A DNA stretch of 63,732 nucleotides, counting the filler, from Octopus bimaculoides (Eukaryota), in the NCBI RefSeq assembly GCF_001194135.2. It is 4 parts of 4 records of this genome, joined end to end, with 100 filler letters (N's around TTAATTAATTAA, not from the genome) between each part and the next. Parts side by side here need not be neighbours in the genome. Positions count along the whole stretch, not along the records: positions 31,383 to 58,959 come from NC_068991.1; 3 more parts are not named here. One strand, written 5' to 3'. The stretch's first letter is position 1. The number at the start of each line of letters is the position of its first letter. Below the pieces are notes generated by a model, which saw nothing but the letters and a program-made list of their open reading frames with translations, was not told the DNA's origin and made no database searches. Both the position numbers and the translations under genes were made by a program. Positions 36,076 through 48,435 of the stretch are shown piece after piece.

Positions 36076-38667
36076 GCTATATATATNNNNNNNNNNNNNN
36101 NNNNNNNNNNNNNNNNNNNNNNNNNNNNNNNNNNNNNNNNNNNNNNNNNNNNNNNNNNNNNNNNNNNNNNNNNNNNNNNNNNNNNNNNNNNNNNNNNNNN
36201 NNNNNNNNNNNNNNNNNNNNNNNNNNNNNNNNNNNNNNNNNNNNNNNNNNNNNNNNNNNNNNNNNNNNNNNNNNNNNNNNNNNNNNNNNNNNNNNNNNNN
36301 NNNNNNNNNNNNNNNNNNNNNNNNNNNNNNNNNNNNNNNNNNNNNNNNNNNNNNNNNNNNNNNNNNNNNNNNNNNNNNNNNNNNNNNNNNNNNNNNNNNN
36401 NNNNNNNNNNNNNNNNNNNNNNNNNNNNNNNNNNNNNNNNNNNNNNNNNNNNNNNNNNNNNNNNNNNNNNNNNNNNNNNNNNNNNNNNNNNNNNNNNNNN
36501 NNNNNNNNNNNNNNNNNNNNNNNNNNNNNNNNNNNNNNNNNNNNNNNNNNNNNNNNNNNNNNNNNNNNNNNNNNNNNNNNNNNNNNNNNNNNNNNNNNNN
36601 NNNNNNNNNNNNNNNNNNNNNNNNNNNNNNNNNNNNNNNNNNNNNNNNNNNNNNNNNNNNNNNNNNNNNNNNNNNNNNNNNNNNNNNNNNNNNNNNNNNN
36701 NNNNNNNNNNNNNNNNNNNNNNNNNNNNNNNNNNNNNNNNNNNNNNNNNNNNNNNNNNNNNNNNNNNNNNNNNNNNNNNNNNNNNNNNNNNNNNNNNNNN
36801 NNNNNNNNNNNNNNNNNNNNNNNNNNNNNNNNNNNNNNNNNNNNATATATATATATATATATATATACATGTACATGCACAAGTGTATTATATTGTGCCT
36901 GTCTGTATGCAATAGATAGATAGATAGATAGAATGGTGTAAAGTCTGTTAAAGTGTTGGATTTAATCGTCTTTTGGTAAATCTTTTGGCTTTCAATACTC
37001 TGAGTTCAAATCCCACTGACGTCTTTCAGTTACCCGGGCTCGATAAAACATATATGTTTTATTCCTTTGCACTTACTCTTTATGGTTTTCTCGACTGTGG
37101 TCAGGCTTATACTACAAGCCACCGGTGGTGACCACTTTTTAATGAAATCTCTTTGATAACAATAACCGGTCGATGAAATTTCTACTGGTTAAAAGCTGCT
37201 TCTAGTGTGTATGTATGTATATATGTGATCGTGTATGCTGTACGTTCCTTTTCTCCATTTTCTTTCTTTATTTTTCCTTCGTTCCTTGTATAATCCTTTC
37301 TTTCTAAAGAAGAGCGTATACTCGAAACACAAAAGACTTTTTCCTTCTTCTCCACTCCATTTCCTGAGCGTAAACCTAATACGATCTCGGTACCTTGTTT
37401 TCGTGTCATATATTTCGCATCGTATAATGCATGTATTTTAATATAACATATGTGTACATACATATAATATACTATATATACACGTACATTAGAGCATTTT
37501 AGCTCTCATTTCTCGCAATGTAGTTGTTTCTAACACGTCATATATATATATATANNNNNNNNNNNNNNNNNNNNNNNNNNNNNNNNNNNNNNNNNNNNNN
37601 NNNNNNNNNNNNNNNNNNNNNNNNNNNNNNNNNNNNNNNNNNNNNNNNNNNNNNNNNNNNNNNNNNNNNNNNNNNNNNNNNNNNNNNNNNNNNNNNNNNN
37701 NNNNNNNNNNNNNNNNNNNNNNNNNNNNNNNNNNNNNNNNNNNNNNNNNNATGTATAGCATAGTAGATGTTTCTAACGAACGACCTTGTCATATATATAT
37801 ATAAATACTTAATCATATCAAAGGGAAATGGAAATTGATAAAATTTTCACACACACACACACACATATATATATATAGATATATATAGCTAAATATACAA
37901 CAGAAAACCTATTAAACTACTTTTCTTTGCCGTGTATTTTATTCATTTGGCGATCACGTCTAGGCCATGTCACGTTGAAAATTGCATTAGAGTTTTCGAG
38001 TTAGGTCAGGGAGATGAGAATGACCTGCAAAAGGATTATCTGTAGTAAAAAAAAAAAAAAAAGCAAAACAAAAAGCTTGATCTTCGGGTAGAGTAAACTT
38101 GTTTATTTATATATTTAATTATTTATTTGCCACTTTCTCTGCACGAGTAAATTCGAGGTGAGTTTTCGTTTTATTTCTGTCAAAATACACAGGCGCAAAC
38201 GCATGTAGATGTCCATGCTTATATGTTTCCATAGAAAAATTGCAAACAAATATACAAACTTGCGCAACAGTGATAGAAAATGAGTCTTATCAGAACTAGT
38301 TTCTAGTACTTTCCAGCTCACAAAGGGCAGCGTACTCCAGCGTCAAATTCAACACTTCTTCTCATGCACTTTGGAGTGTACCTCACACACACACACACAT
38401 ACATGCATCGCTTGATTTTTTCCTTAAAATTCTGATTGATTTTCATGACTTTTCATTTGCATATAATCTGTAAACTGAAAAATAACAATTGCATAAGGTT
38501 GTAAATTTTACCCCTGGATACGAATGCATCTGAAACACTCCATGTTTGTACACATGACGCCATAGGACACCGACAGAACTTTGATCGGACATTTTGCGTA
38601 CCTATTTAGAATGACCGTGATATAATAATAATAATGATAATAATAATAATAGTTGTTGTTGTTATTT

Positions 38668-38900
38668 AGGCGACGAGCCGGCAGAAACCGTTAGCACACC
38701 GGACGAAATGCTTAGCGGTATTTCGTCTGTCTTTACGTTCTAAGTTCAAATTCCGCCGAGGTCGACTTTGCCTTTCACCCTATCGGTTTCGATAAAATGA
38801 GCACCATTTGAGTACTGGGGTCGATGTAATCGACTTAACCTCCCCCAAAATTTCAGGCCTTCTGCCTATATTAGAAAGGATTATTATTATTATTATTATT
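38668..38900 (+). mobile_element. SINE family A, full length, CpG-intact, (TTA)n tail
   Basis: ggcgacgagccggcagaaaccg..aagttcaaattccgccgaggtcgactttgcc..aggattattatt. Confidence 0.9.
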
Positions 38901-39112
38901 AAAATTAAAAGAAGAGTGCCATTGTCATCTTGTGAACGATATTTCGACATCTTGTGTGTCTTCAACAGGTTCAAAACATAATTTTGTCAATCTACTTCAT
39001 TTTGGTTAATATATAAAGGACTGAGGTAATTCCTCCAGAAGATATAGAGTCAAAATTAAAAGAAGAGTACCATTGTCATCTAGTGAACGATATTTCGACA
39101 TCTCGTGTGTCT
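38901..39112 (-). mobile_element. Second copy of the 151-nt monomer repeat (about 1.4 units)
   Basis: 61-bp direct repeat at 38901-38961 and 39052-39112. The reverse complement aligns with 13752-13925. Confidence 0.8.
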
Positions 39113-39257
39113 ACTACTATAATTATTATTATTATTATTATTATTATTTGTATTATTTTTATTATTGCCGTTGTTGTTGTTGTTGTTATTTTGCTTCAGA
39201 TGTATGTATTGGTATATATTGCAAGAAACAGCTAGATTTCTTTCTGTAACATTTTAC

Positions 39258-39371
39258 AGGCGTAGGAGTGGCTATGTTGTAAGTAGCTTGCTTACCACAT
39301 GGTTCCGGGTTCAGTCCCACTGCGTGGTACCTTGGGCAACTGTCTTTTACTATAGCCCGTCGTATATATGG

Positions 39372-39453
<82 letters not shown>

Positions 39454-39475
39454 ATGTGTGTGTGTGTGTGTGTAC

Positions 39476-39509
<34 letters not shown>

Positions 39510-39682
39510 TTGTCCCCCCAACATCGCTTGACAACCGATGGTGGTGTGTTTACGCCCCCGTAATTTAGCGGGGGAATAAGTACCAGGCTTACAAAGAATA
39601 AGTCCTGGGGTCGATTTGCTCGACTAAAGGCGGTGCTCCAGCATGGCCACAGTCAAATGACTGAAACAAGTAAAAGAGTAAC
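39258..39682 (+). mobile_element. SINE family B, full length
   Basis: gcgtaggagtggctatgttgtaag..ggttcagtcccactgcgtggtaccttgggcaac..gaaacaagtaaaagagt. Confidence 0.9.
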
Positions 39683-40154
39683 CTCTGCCTTAGAGCGTCA
39701 GGAACAAACGGGCCGATATGCTTACTTGGTGGGTGTCTTTCTTCTGAAGACTTTACCTGCGGCCCGTTTGCTCCACAGTGAGTACACGCACTTATTAAGC
39801 GTGTGCACGTGTATTTGTCATCCTACTGTATAACATTATCATCAACATTATCAGTAGCGCAACAGCAACTTCATTATCGTATCATCATAACAGGAATATA
39901 AATAAACAAAATATGTATTCATCAAATACATTTTTGTGTCATTGTGACTTTTACGTGATTTCCTGTAAAACTGTTGGAAAGAGAAAATTCGCAGAAGACT
40001 CGGCTGGGATGGTCTGTGGATGGTCTGTGACGGCATTTAATGAATACAACTTCAAACAGCAAATATTTCTTACGTGGGAGCAAGTACATCATCATAATCA
40101 TCATCATCATCATCATCATTATTCAGCTCCCACGTTCCATGCTAGCATGGGTTG

Positions 40155-40191
<37 letters not shown>

Positions 40192-40249
40192 ACACACACT
40201 CACACACACACACACACACGATATGTGTGCGTGCGTGTAATGCATATTT

Positions 40250-40361
40250 GTATTCTTTTATTTCTTTGTCATTTGACTGTGGCCATGCTGGAGCACCACA
40301 TTCAGTCGAATTAAATCGAACCCAGGAATTATTCTTTGTAAGCCTAGTACTTACTCTATCG
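40250..40361 (-). mobile_element. SINE family B 3' end, running into a gap
   Basis: gtcatttgactgtggccatgctggagcacc..ttattctttgtaagcctagtactta. Confidence 0.8.
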
Positions 40362-40763
40362 NNNNNNNNNNNNNNNNNNNNNNNNNNNNNNNNNNNNNNN
40401 NNNNNNNNNNNNNNNNNNNNNNNNNNNNNNNNNNNNNNNNNNNNNNNNNNNNNNNNNNNNNNNNNNNNNNNNNNNNNNNNNNNNNNNNNNNNNNNNNNNN
40501 NNNNNNNNNNNNNNNNNNNNNNNNNNNNNNNNNNNNNNNNNNNNNNNNNNNNNNNNNNNNNNNNNNNNNNNNNNNNNNNNNNNNNNNNNNNNNNNNNNNN
40601 NNNNNNNNNNNNNNNNNNNNNNNNNNNNNNNNNNNNNNNNNNNNNNNNNNNNNNNNNNNNNNNNNNNNNNNNNNNNNNNNNNNNNNNNNNNNNNNNNNNN
40701 NNNNNNNNNNNNNNNNNNATATGTGTGTGTGTGTGTCTGTGTGTGAGTGTGTGTGTGTGTGTA

Positions 40764-40802
<39 letters not shown>

Positions 40803-40972
40803 CACACACACACTGATGGATGTGTTCGGAATTAACGGCTCAAGTGACTAAGTGAAAACAAGATTTAACATGCCTACCTACCTATCGACGCACATACATA
40901 TATACGTAAAATGCCTACTTATCAAGAAAAGTATTGTCAACTTTCCAATGCCTGCGAAAAATCACAGACATA

Positions 40973-41137
40973 CAGGACCGGCTCAGAGTACCGGAAACTC
41001 GGGCAGTCGCTCGGGGCGCCATGTGCTAGGTGGCGCCAAGGAGGGCGTGACAGAGACAAAGAATTTTCCACGACCGTTAGCTTGAACACGCCAAAGTTCT
41101 GCTTGCCGGGGCGCCAGTAACCCTAGGGCCGGTCCTG
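40973..41137. mobile_element. 165-bp GC-rich MITE (hAT-like termini)
   Basis: Left end CAGGACCGGCTCAGAGT; right end reverse complement CAGGACCGGCCCTAGGGT. Internal GGCGCC motifs. TA on both flanks; putative 8-bp flanks match 5/8. Confidence 0.75.
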
Positions 41138-41594
41138 TACTCATACATACACACCACATACACGTAGACAAATAAGCACGAACAGACAGACAGATAGATA
41201 GATGCCTACTTCTTCACAGTCAATCCATCTCGTCCCATGCCCGTTGCTAAACTGGTGCACTGGACGGCACTGCCCCGTCACTATTCAATGGTACACCCTA
41301 ACCACTGGGACATTGCGCTTCCGCTCACTGGTATCATATTTAAGCATACAAACGTAAATACATTCGTATTTACATATTCACATTTATATATAAATAAATA
41401 TGTCGAAGTGGGCATGTTTATATCATCCATGTTCAAACATTCATATAAATTTAAACATATGTCTTTGTTTATAAATATAGTTAAGAACATGTGCATAAGG
41501 AAGCGTATGAACACACAACAGCAGAGACTTACATACATAGATACATACATGCATACATACATGCATACATACATATATCTATACGTATATTCGT

Positions 41595-41645
<51 letters not shown>

Positions 41646-42497
41646 TATATATATATATATATATACACATACGTTCTTACGGACGTATGTAAATACAAGA
41701 CTTTTCTCCAGTTCAAAGTGTGTATTTTCTTTTGTTATCAACATTCCAACGGTGGATAGAGCATTGTATCTTTGTTAGAAACAAGCGCTTTCCTTACAGG
41801 AAGATTTCAAATAATTAAAAATAGAAGAAAACATACATACATACATAAACAGACGGACAGATAGACAAGCTGTTGATATTTCCCGTGCTTCATTGCGAAC
41901 GAGTTGTTGCACTTTCGATACATCAGCATCTATGCACCTGTGTATGTGTGTGTGTGCGTGCGTCTATGTATATCAGACTAGTTTGAATTCCATAGACTTA
42001 CATATTTACCTGTACACAATCATACGAACACTAAGATATGTGTGTGTGCGATAATAGTGTAAGATAATAGTGATGCGTTTAAAAGAGAAAATGGACAATG
42101 CTCTTCAAATCCATAATGGCATAAAGAGTTTACATTAGTGACGTACTTCGTGATGCTCTGTCTATCCTTTCTTTCTTTCTTTCTTTCTCCCCTCGTCACA
42201 TTCTTTCTTATGCACAACTTCTTTTTGCCTGTATAGTTAAACAACGTTATCTATTTTTTTTTTATCCATTCAGTACATTTTCTTGTTAAGTGAACAACGA
42301 TGCTACGTGTCTGTATGTCGACGTATGTGCGATGTTACGTGTACTTCTTTGAACTTTAATTTATATATGAATTTGTATGCACANNNNNNNNNNNNNNNNN
42401 NNNNNNNNNNNNNNNNNNNNNNNNNNNNNNNNNNNNNNNNNNNNNNNNNNNNNNNNNNNNNNNNNNNNNNNNNNNNNNNNNNNTATATATATATATT

Positions 42498-42530
<33 letters not shown>

Positions 42531-42924
42531 ATAATATATATAATATATATAATATATATAATATATATATTTATATTTATATATATATTTATATATATAT
42601 GTCCTCCTGGGGCTAAAAGCAACAGTAACATCCACCCCTAGGGGTCAGCCACACTTAAGTGGCAATATACTACACTTTATCGTGCAGTTACTGTTAATAC
42701 TTCATTTAGAGAATTAACNNNNNNNNNNTTTATCGTGCAGTTACTGTTAATACTTCATTTAGAGAATTAACATTGCTTATATATATATAATTATATATAA
42801 ATATAAATATATATAAATATATATATATATAAATATATATATATATAAATATATATTAAATATATATATTATATATATTAAATATATATATTATATATAT
42901 TAAATATATATATATAATATATAT

Positions 42925-43080
42925 GGCATGGCTATATGGTAGAAAATTTGTTTCCCAACCACATGGTTCTGGGTTCAGTCCCACTGCGTAGCACCTTGAA
43001 CAAATGTTTTTTACTATAATCTTGGATCAACCAAAGTTCTGTGGGTGGATTTGGTAGATGCAATGTAAAAGAACCTGTTG

Positions 43081-43112
<32 letters not shown>

Positions 43113-43290
43113 CATGTGTGTGTCTTTATGCCTCTGTTTGTCCCTCATAATCACCCCTCAACCAGTCTTAGTTTGTTTACATCCCTGTAACTTAGCAGTT
43201 TGACAAAAGAGAGCAATTGGGGTCAGTTTAATCAACTAAAATCCTTTAATGCAGTCTCCCAGAATGACCACAGTCTAATCACTGAATTGA
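42925..43290 (+). mobile_element. SINE family B (decayed)
   Basis: gcatggctatatggtag..ggttcagtcccactgcgtagcaccttgaac..gtaacttagcagtttgacaaaagag. Confidence 0.8.
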
Positions 43291-43299
43291 CCCCAGTAC

Positions 43300-43416
43300 T
43301 TGTTTTTTTTTAAGCCCAGTACTTATTCTATTGGTCTCTTTTGCCGAACCACTATGTTACAGGGATGTACATAAACTTGCCAATATTGACTGTCAAGCGT
43401 TGGTGGGGGTACAAAG

Positions 43417-43465
<49 letters not shown>

Positions 43466-43678
43466 TGTTTATACAGCAGGCTTCCTTCAGTTTCCATCTA
43501 CCAAATCTACTCTCAAGGCTTTTACAAAGTACATTTGTTGTCTTTCTATCTGTCTCTCTCACTTTATCTATCTATTCATCTGTCTGTGTGTCAGCACAAG
43601 GTGCCAAACAGTGCAGTGGGACTGAACCCAGAACCATGCAGTTGGGAAGCAAACTTCTTACCACACAGCCACGCCTGA
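43300..43678 (-). mobile_element. SINE family B (decayed), tail-to-tail with the previous copy
   Basis: cccagtacttattctattggtctcttttgccgaacc..gtgcagtgggactgaacccagaacc..cttaccacacagccacgcc. Confidence 0.85.
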
Positions 43679-44270
43679 CACCTAGGCTTAAGAAATAGTT
43701 AAGTATCCTCTTGTGTTGGAAGTGTATAGAGATTGAATAATATGTTTCTCTAAAACACAAGTAAAGTGTGTTGTTAAAGCTATATATGGACTGAAAACTC
43801 TGCTTCAACATACACGCACAAGTATATATATATTTGCTTGTTTACATATGTAAACGTATTGTCTGAAAACTAAAATGTATTCCATCAATATACCTTTATG
43901 GTAATGTTTGTGTGTGAGAGAATGGAAGATCTTGTCTACACAAAATTGTGTGTACATGTTTGTATTATGTGTGTGGAGGTGTGGATGTTGTATATACTAA
44001 TGTGTTTCTGTTGGGTTTCCATGTGTGCTTTATACACAAGTGAGGTTTCTCTTTGTGCATGCGTGTGTGTGTGTGTGTGTGTGAATGTATGTACAAATAA
44101 TTGATAGCACAAAGAAACTCAACAATAAAAACAACATTCTACACTCACGTATACATACATGATGATGATATACACACACATACATATATATATATCGCGT
44201 ATATATGTGTGTGTACATATTAGTGTATGTGTGTTTGTATAAGTATGTACATTTATATGTGCGTGCGTGC

Positions 44271-44328
<58 letters not shown>

Positions 44329-44518
44329 GTATGTGTATATACATACATACACGCAAACAAGAGTATAATAGTTAACAAAAGACAAACATATTCATGTATA
44401 ATTTGTCATGGCAATTTGCCAAAGTATATAAGTTTGAATGAAGGTTTTGTTTGTGTGTATTTACAAGGCTGCCCCAGGGATAAATTGTAACAAGAAAAAT
44501 AAATAAAGATATATGTCC

Positions 44519-44550
<32 letters not shown>

Positions 44551-45065
44551 TTGTCTGTCTGTGTGTTTGTGTATATGTGGGTGTTTATGTGTGTGTATAT
44601 ACATATATATGTATGCATGTACACAGCCATATGCACGAAAGGAATGAAATGCTACAATAAACAAATTAGTTATAACAACACTCACTTCTTACACCTTAAC
44701 ACCATTAGTAGTCATACAATAACCATTGTCCCCCCCCCACATCCCCACTACTCAACACAGCACCACTAGCCTCAGTCTGACACCACAACCACCACCACCA
44801 CCACTACTAACCATATCCCCGCCACTCTACCGTCCATGCCACCACCCTCACTGCTTCTATTCACACCCCTCACCACCACTGTCCACACACCCAACACCAC
44901 CGCTACCACTATCGACTCCTCCAAGACCATCACCTCCAACACTACCACTAATATTGTCCACATGTCTACCGCATCTATCCATGCCTCCATTTCCACCTCT
45001 ATCTGCCCCATCACCACTCCACAATCTACACCTCTGCTACCTCCCTACCTTCTTCAACACCATCG

Positions 45066-45293
45066 TTAACCTTTTCGTTACTGTATTTATTTTGAGATGC
45101 TCTGTGTTTCTTTCAATTACTTTAAACATAACAAAGAATTCGGTAAAATAACTTGGTTATCATTAAGCTAGTATTAGGAACATAAATTGTGACTAAAGTT
45201 TGGTGGAAGATTTTAATTCAAAACTTATGGAAACAAGACATTTGTACTCAGAGCCAGAGCCGGTTTCAGCCCGGTTGGTAACAAAAGGGTTAA
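45066..45293. mobile_element. piggyBac-type MITE, about 220 bp
   Basis: TTAA at 45066-45069 and 45290-45293. TIRs CCTTTTCGTTAC and (reverse complement) CCCTTTTGTTAC. Confidence 0.75.
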
Positions 45294-45559
45294 TATCACT
45301 GCCATGGAGAACAACAACAACTACAAACTAGACAAAGCAACTAAATCTCCCTGAAATCACATCCCATTAGCATAGATGAAGTAGGAATGTGTTACCCTAG
45401 TTGACTGCTTTTCTGGAGTCAAGTGCTTCAAGGTCTGCTGTGTAGACCTGTATAAGCTTGAGGCAAAAAATTTTGGTACGGAGGGGGTAAACTCAGGGGC
45501 TGTTCCATGCAGTACACACTCTAGCTGTGCTACCGTCATACCTTAATGTCTTAAAAAAC

Positions 45560-45895
45560 TGTAAAGGACAAAGATCTCTTTCTGTCATGAATGACCATGT
45601 GATTGCATTCAGAAACTTCACCTCCAGATAAGGTTGTTTATGGAAGCCCAGTAGTTTTCCATGCGTACCAGCCTTCCCTCTCCACACCACCAATATTAAT
45701 CAAGAGAAAGGCAAAGGCCGGTACAGTTTGGCATCAGTGACATAACAACTCATTTCTACAGTTGAGTGAACTGGAGCAATGTAAAATAAAGTGTCTTGCT
45801 CAAGAACACAACACACAGCCAAGTCCAGAAATCGAACTCACAACCTCATAATTGTATGCCTGATGCTCTAACCACTGAGCTATGCAGGACACATT
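45560..45895 (-). mobile_element. SINE sharing the family E head/core but with a different 3' body
   Basis: gagtgaactggagcaatgtaaaataaagtgtcttgctcaagaacacaac..gaaatcgaactcac..ctaaccactgagc (reversed tRNA head). The upstream body differs from 28095. Confidence 0.7.
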
Positions 45896-46621
45896 TACTA
45901 CAGTCCTAGATACATTGATTCATTCATCGTTCAATGTGGTTGAACTACCAATCCCAGTTGAGACTTACATTGTGGGAAGTACTGAACAGCTTTTGATCAC
46001 TGAATACAAAACATAGCTCAAAGGACCTCGGCTCGGGTGATTTTTTTTAATGAGTCACCTCTCACCTTTGAAAGCCAATTTCTCACAATGATACTCATTC
46101 ACAACTGAGTAAACTAGAGCAATGTGAAATGAAGTGGTCTGGATGCATTTTGCCTGTAATGTCGGATAAAATGATCAGGGTTGCTATATGTTAAATCGCA
46201 GATCTATCTCCACAACCTGTAGGTACAATATGGCCAAATGTTCAAGAAGTTCATTTCACAACCCCAAGTTCCTGGGTTCAATACCATCTTGTGGCATCTT
46301 GGGTAAATGTCATTTTCTATAGCTTCGGGTTGGCCCATATCTTTTGGGTGAAATTGGAAACTGTTTCATTAAGTGGATTGAATCTGTAATGCAAAAGGTA
46401 GAACTTCATCACATATTGTCATGCTGATTCTGACTGAATGATGATTACATTATGGATCTATGGAATACTCAGCCACTTACAGCAGATGAAATCATTTGAT
46501 AGAACACCTGATAGAGATCCACCCATCATCACCACACAATCTCTACTAACCTTGCATTAAACAGTAATAAAGAATCCCTAAGCAGCATATCTATATATAT
46601 ATGCATGTGTGTGTGTGTGTG

Positions 46622-46664
<43 letters not shown>

Positions 46665-46825
46665 TTAGCCATATAGACAACTTGTCAGACTCCAATGGCC
46701 GTAAATATATGATGTGGTTCTATACCAACTGCCATTGGAGTTTGACAAGACATCTATAAGGTAAAGCACTTTATGGATGTGAAACCATTGGTCATTCTTT
46801 GACCAGCTATATAATTAAATTGTAA

Positions 46826-46866
<41 letters not shown>

Positions 46867-46869
46867 TTT

Positions 46870-47118
46870 GTGCATGGGTCTTGACATCATGTGGTAATTG
46901 TGATAAAATGAGCATCACCATATAACCACAATGCCTTTCTTTTCCAGTCTTCTATAACATGTCCAGCCATGGGGTAATATTACTTTGCATGGAAATGGTT
47001 GAGGGCTAGAAACAGGAAAGGTATCCAGCTGCAAAAAAAAATCTGCTTCAATGAATTCTGTCTGACCAATATAAGCATAGAAAAGGAGCCCCTAAAAAAG
47101 CTGATGATGATGATGATA
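46870..47118 (+). mobile_element. SINE family C variant with (GAT)n tail
   Basis: ggttgagggctagaaacaggaaaggtatccagctgc..gatgatgatgat. Confidence 0.6.
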
Positions 47119-47540
47119 GATGCACGTGCGCATCTATGTACACACTTACGTATATCATGTATGTGTATATGTGTGTGTCTGCATGTCTATGAATATGATA
47201 ATTCCTCTAATGCTGGCTCTAACAAAAGTATTGAGGCTGCTGCAATATTGCTCTGCTATAATATTGTTCAGTTATCTTTCAGTGTGGGAGGAGCTTCTGT
47301 GTTATCACTCAGCCTATTAGAAATAGCACCCTAATCTCCCTCAAAATCTTTACATAAAAGACTACATATTCATTAAAACATGATGTTTAATATAATGGCA
47401 ACAAATTAAAATAATTACGATTTGAGTGTCAGATATAATTAATTGCAATCCATTTACCAAATGAAAACGCCTCTATTGGGAATAATGTACAGGCTGCATG
47501 ATCTTTGTTAGTACAGTAACAAAATAAATGAAAAATACTT

Positions 47541-47586
<46 letters not shown>

Positions 47587-48179
47587 CTGTGGGTATATGT
47601 GTGTGCGCGCGCATGTGTGTGTGTCCTTTAAGACACAGACAAAAACTGAAATCTGCCAAAGAGTTACATATGTTGTACCAATGTCTGCTTCATTTACATC
47701 AAAGAATTGAAACAATTGCAGCAGCTGATATATCTCTTTGAAATTGGTTGAGAAAACAGCAACAGCAACAATGATGACCATGATTATGTTAATGATGATA
47801 ATAATAACAACGAACTATATGACATCTTTACAACAAGGCAAATGTACTTTTTCAAACGTACTTCAATTTCATGGCCTATATATTCGTCTTGTTTTGTAAA
47901 AGTCTAGTTGTGGTTTTGGAAGGAATAAAACAAGACACATATGCAATGAGTGAGCATCATGGAAAGGCTATGGGGATAGGATGAAGGAAAGAGAATCAGG
48001 ATGGCTTGTTGCGATGAGGAAAAAGTGAAAGTGGATAAGAGCATCTCAGCCTCTATCACAATCATAGTCTGCTATACTGTCCTTGTGGGTTTTCTTTTGT
48101 GGGTTTTCTTTAGAGTGAATTTTCATTAGTAGTGCCTATCACCAGTTGTTACATTCCTTTGTCATTTCTTGCATTAGAC

Positions 48180-48300
48180 TTCAACTGATGTTGGTGCTTT
48201 TTACATCTGTGTAACTTAATGATTCACCAAAAGAGACCGATAGAATAAGTACTAGGCTTACAAAGAATAAATCTGGGGGTCAATTTGTTTGACTAAACCC
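48180..48300 (+). mobile_element. SINE family B 3' fragment
   Basis: aactgatgttggtg..caaaagagaccgatagaataagtactaggcttacaaagaataa..gggtcaatttgtttgactaaa. Confidence 0.8.
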
Positions 48301-48303
48301 CCC

Positions 48304-48435
48304 TTAACCCTTTAGTGTTTGCATTATTCTGCCAAAATTAATGCTTTTTTTTATCCACATTGTTTTGAACTAACCATACATTATCTTGTAGCTATGAGAT
48401 TTTGATGAGGTAGCTGTTAATTTTTAAAACGATAT
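48304..48435. mobile_element. Possible left end of a piggyBac-type element, lost in a gap
   Basis: TTAA|CCCTTTAG start, inserted into a SINE B tail. Confidence 0.4.

Noticed and set aside
42676-42771. 43-bp direct repeat on both sides of a 10-N gap
   Set aside because: Exact duplication abutting a minimal gap is an unmerged contig overlap.
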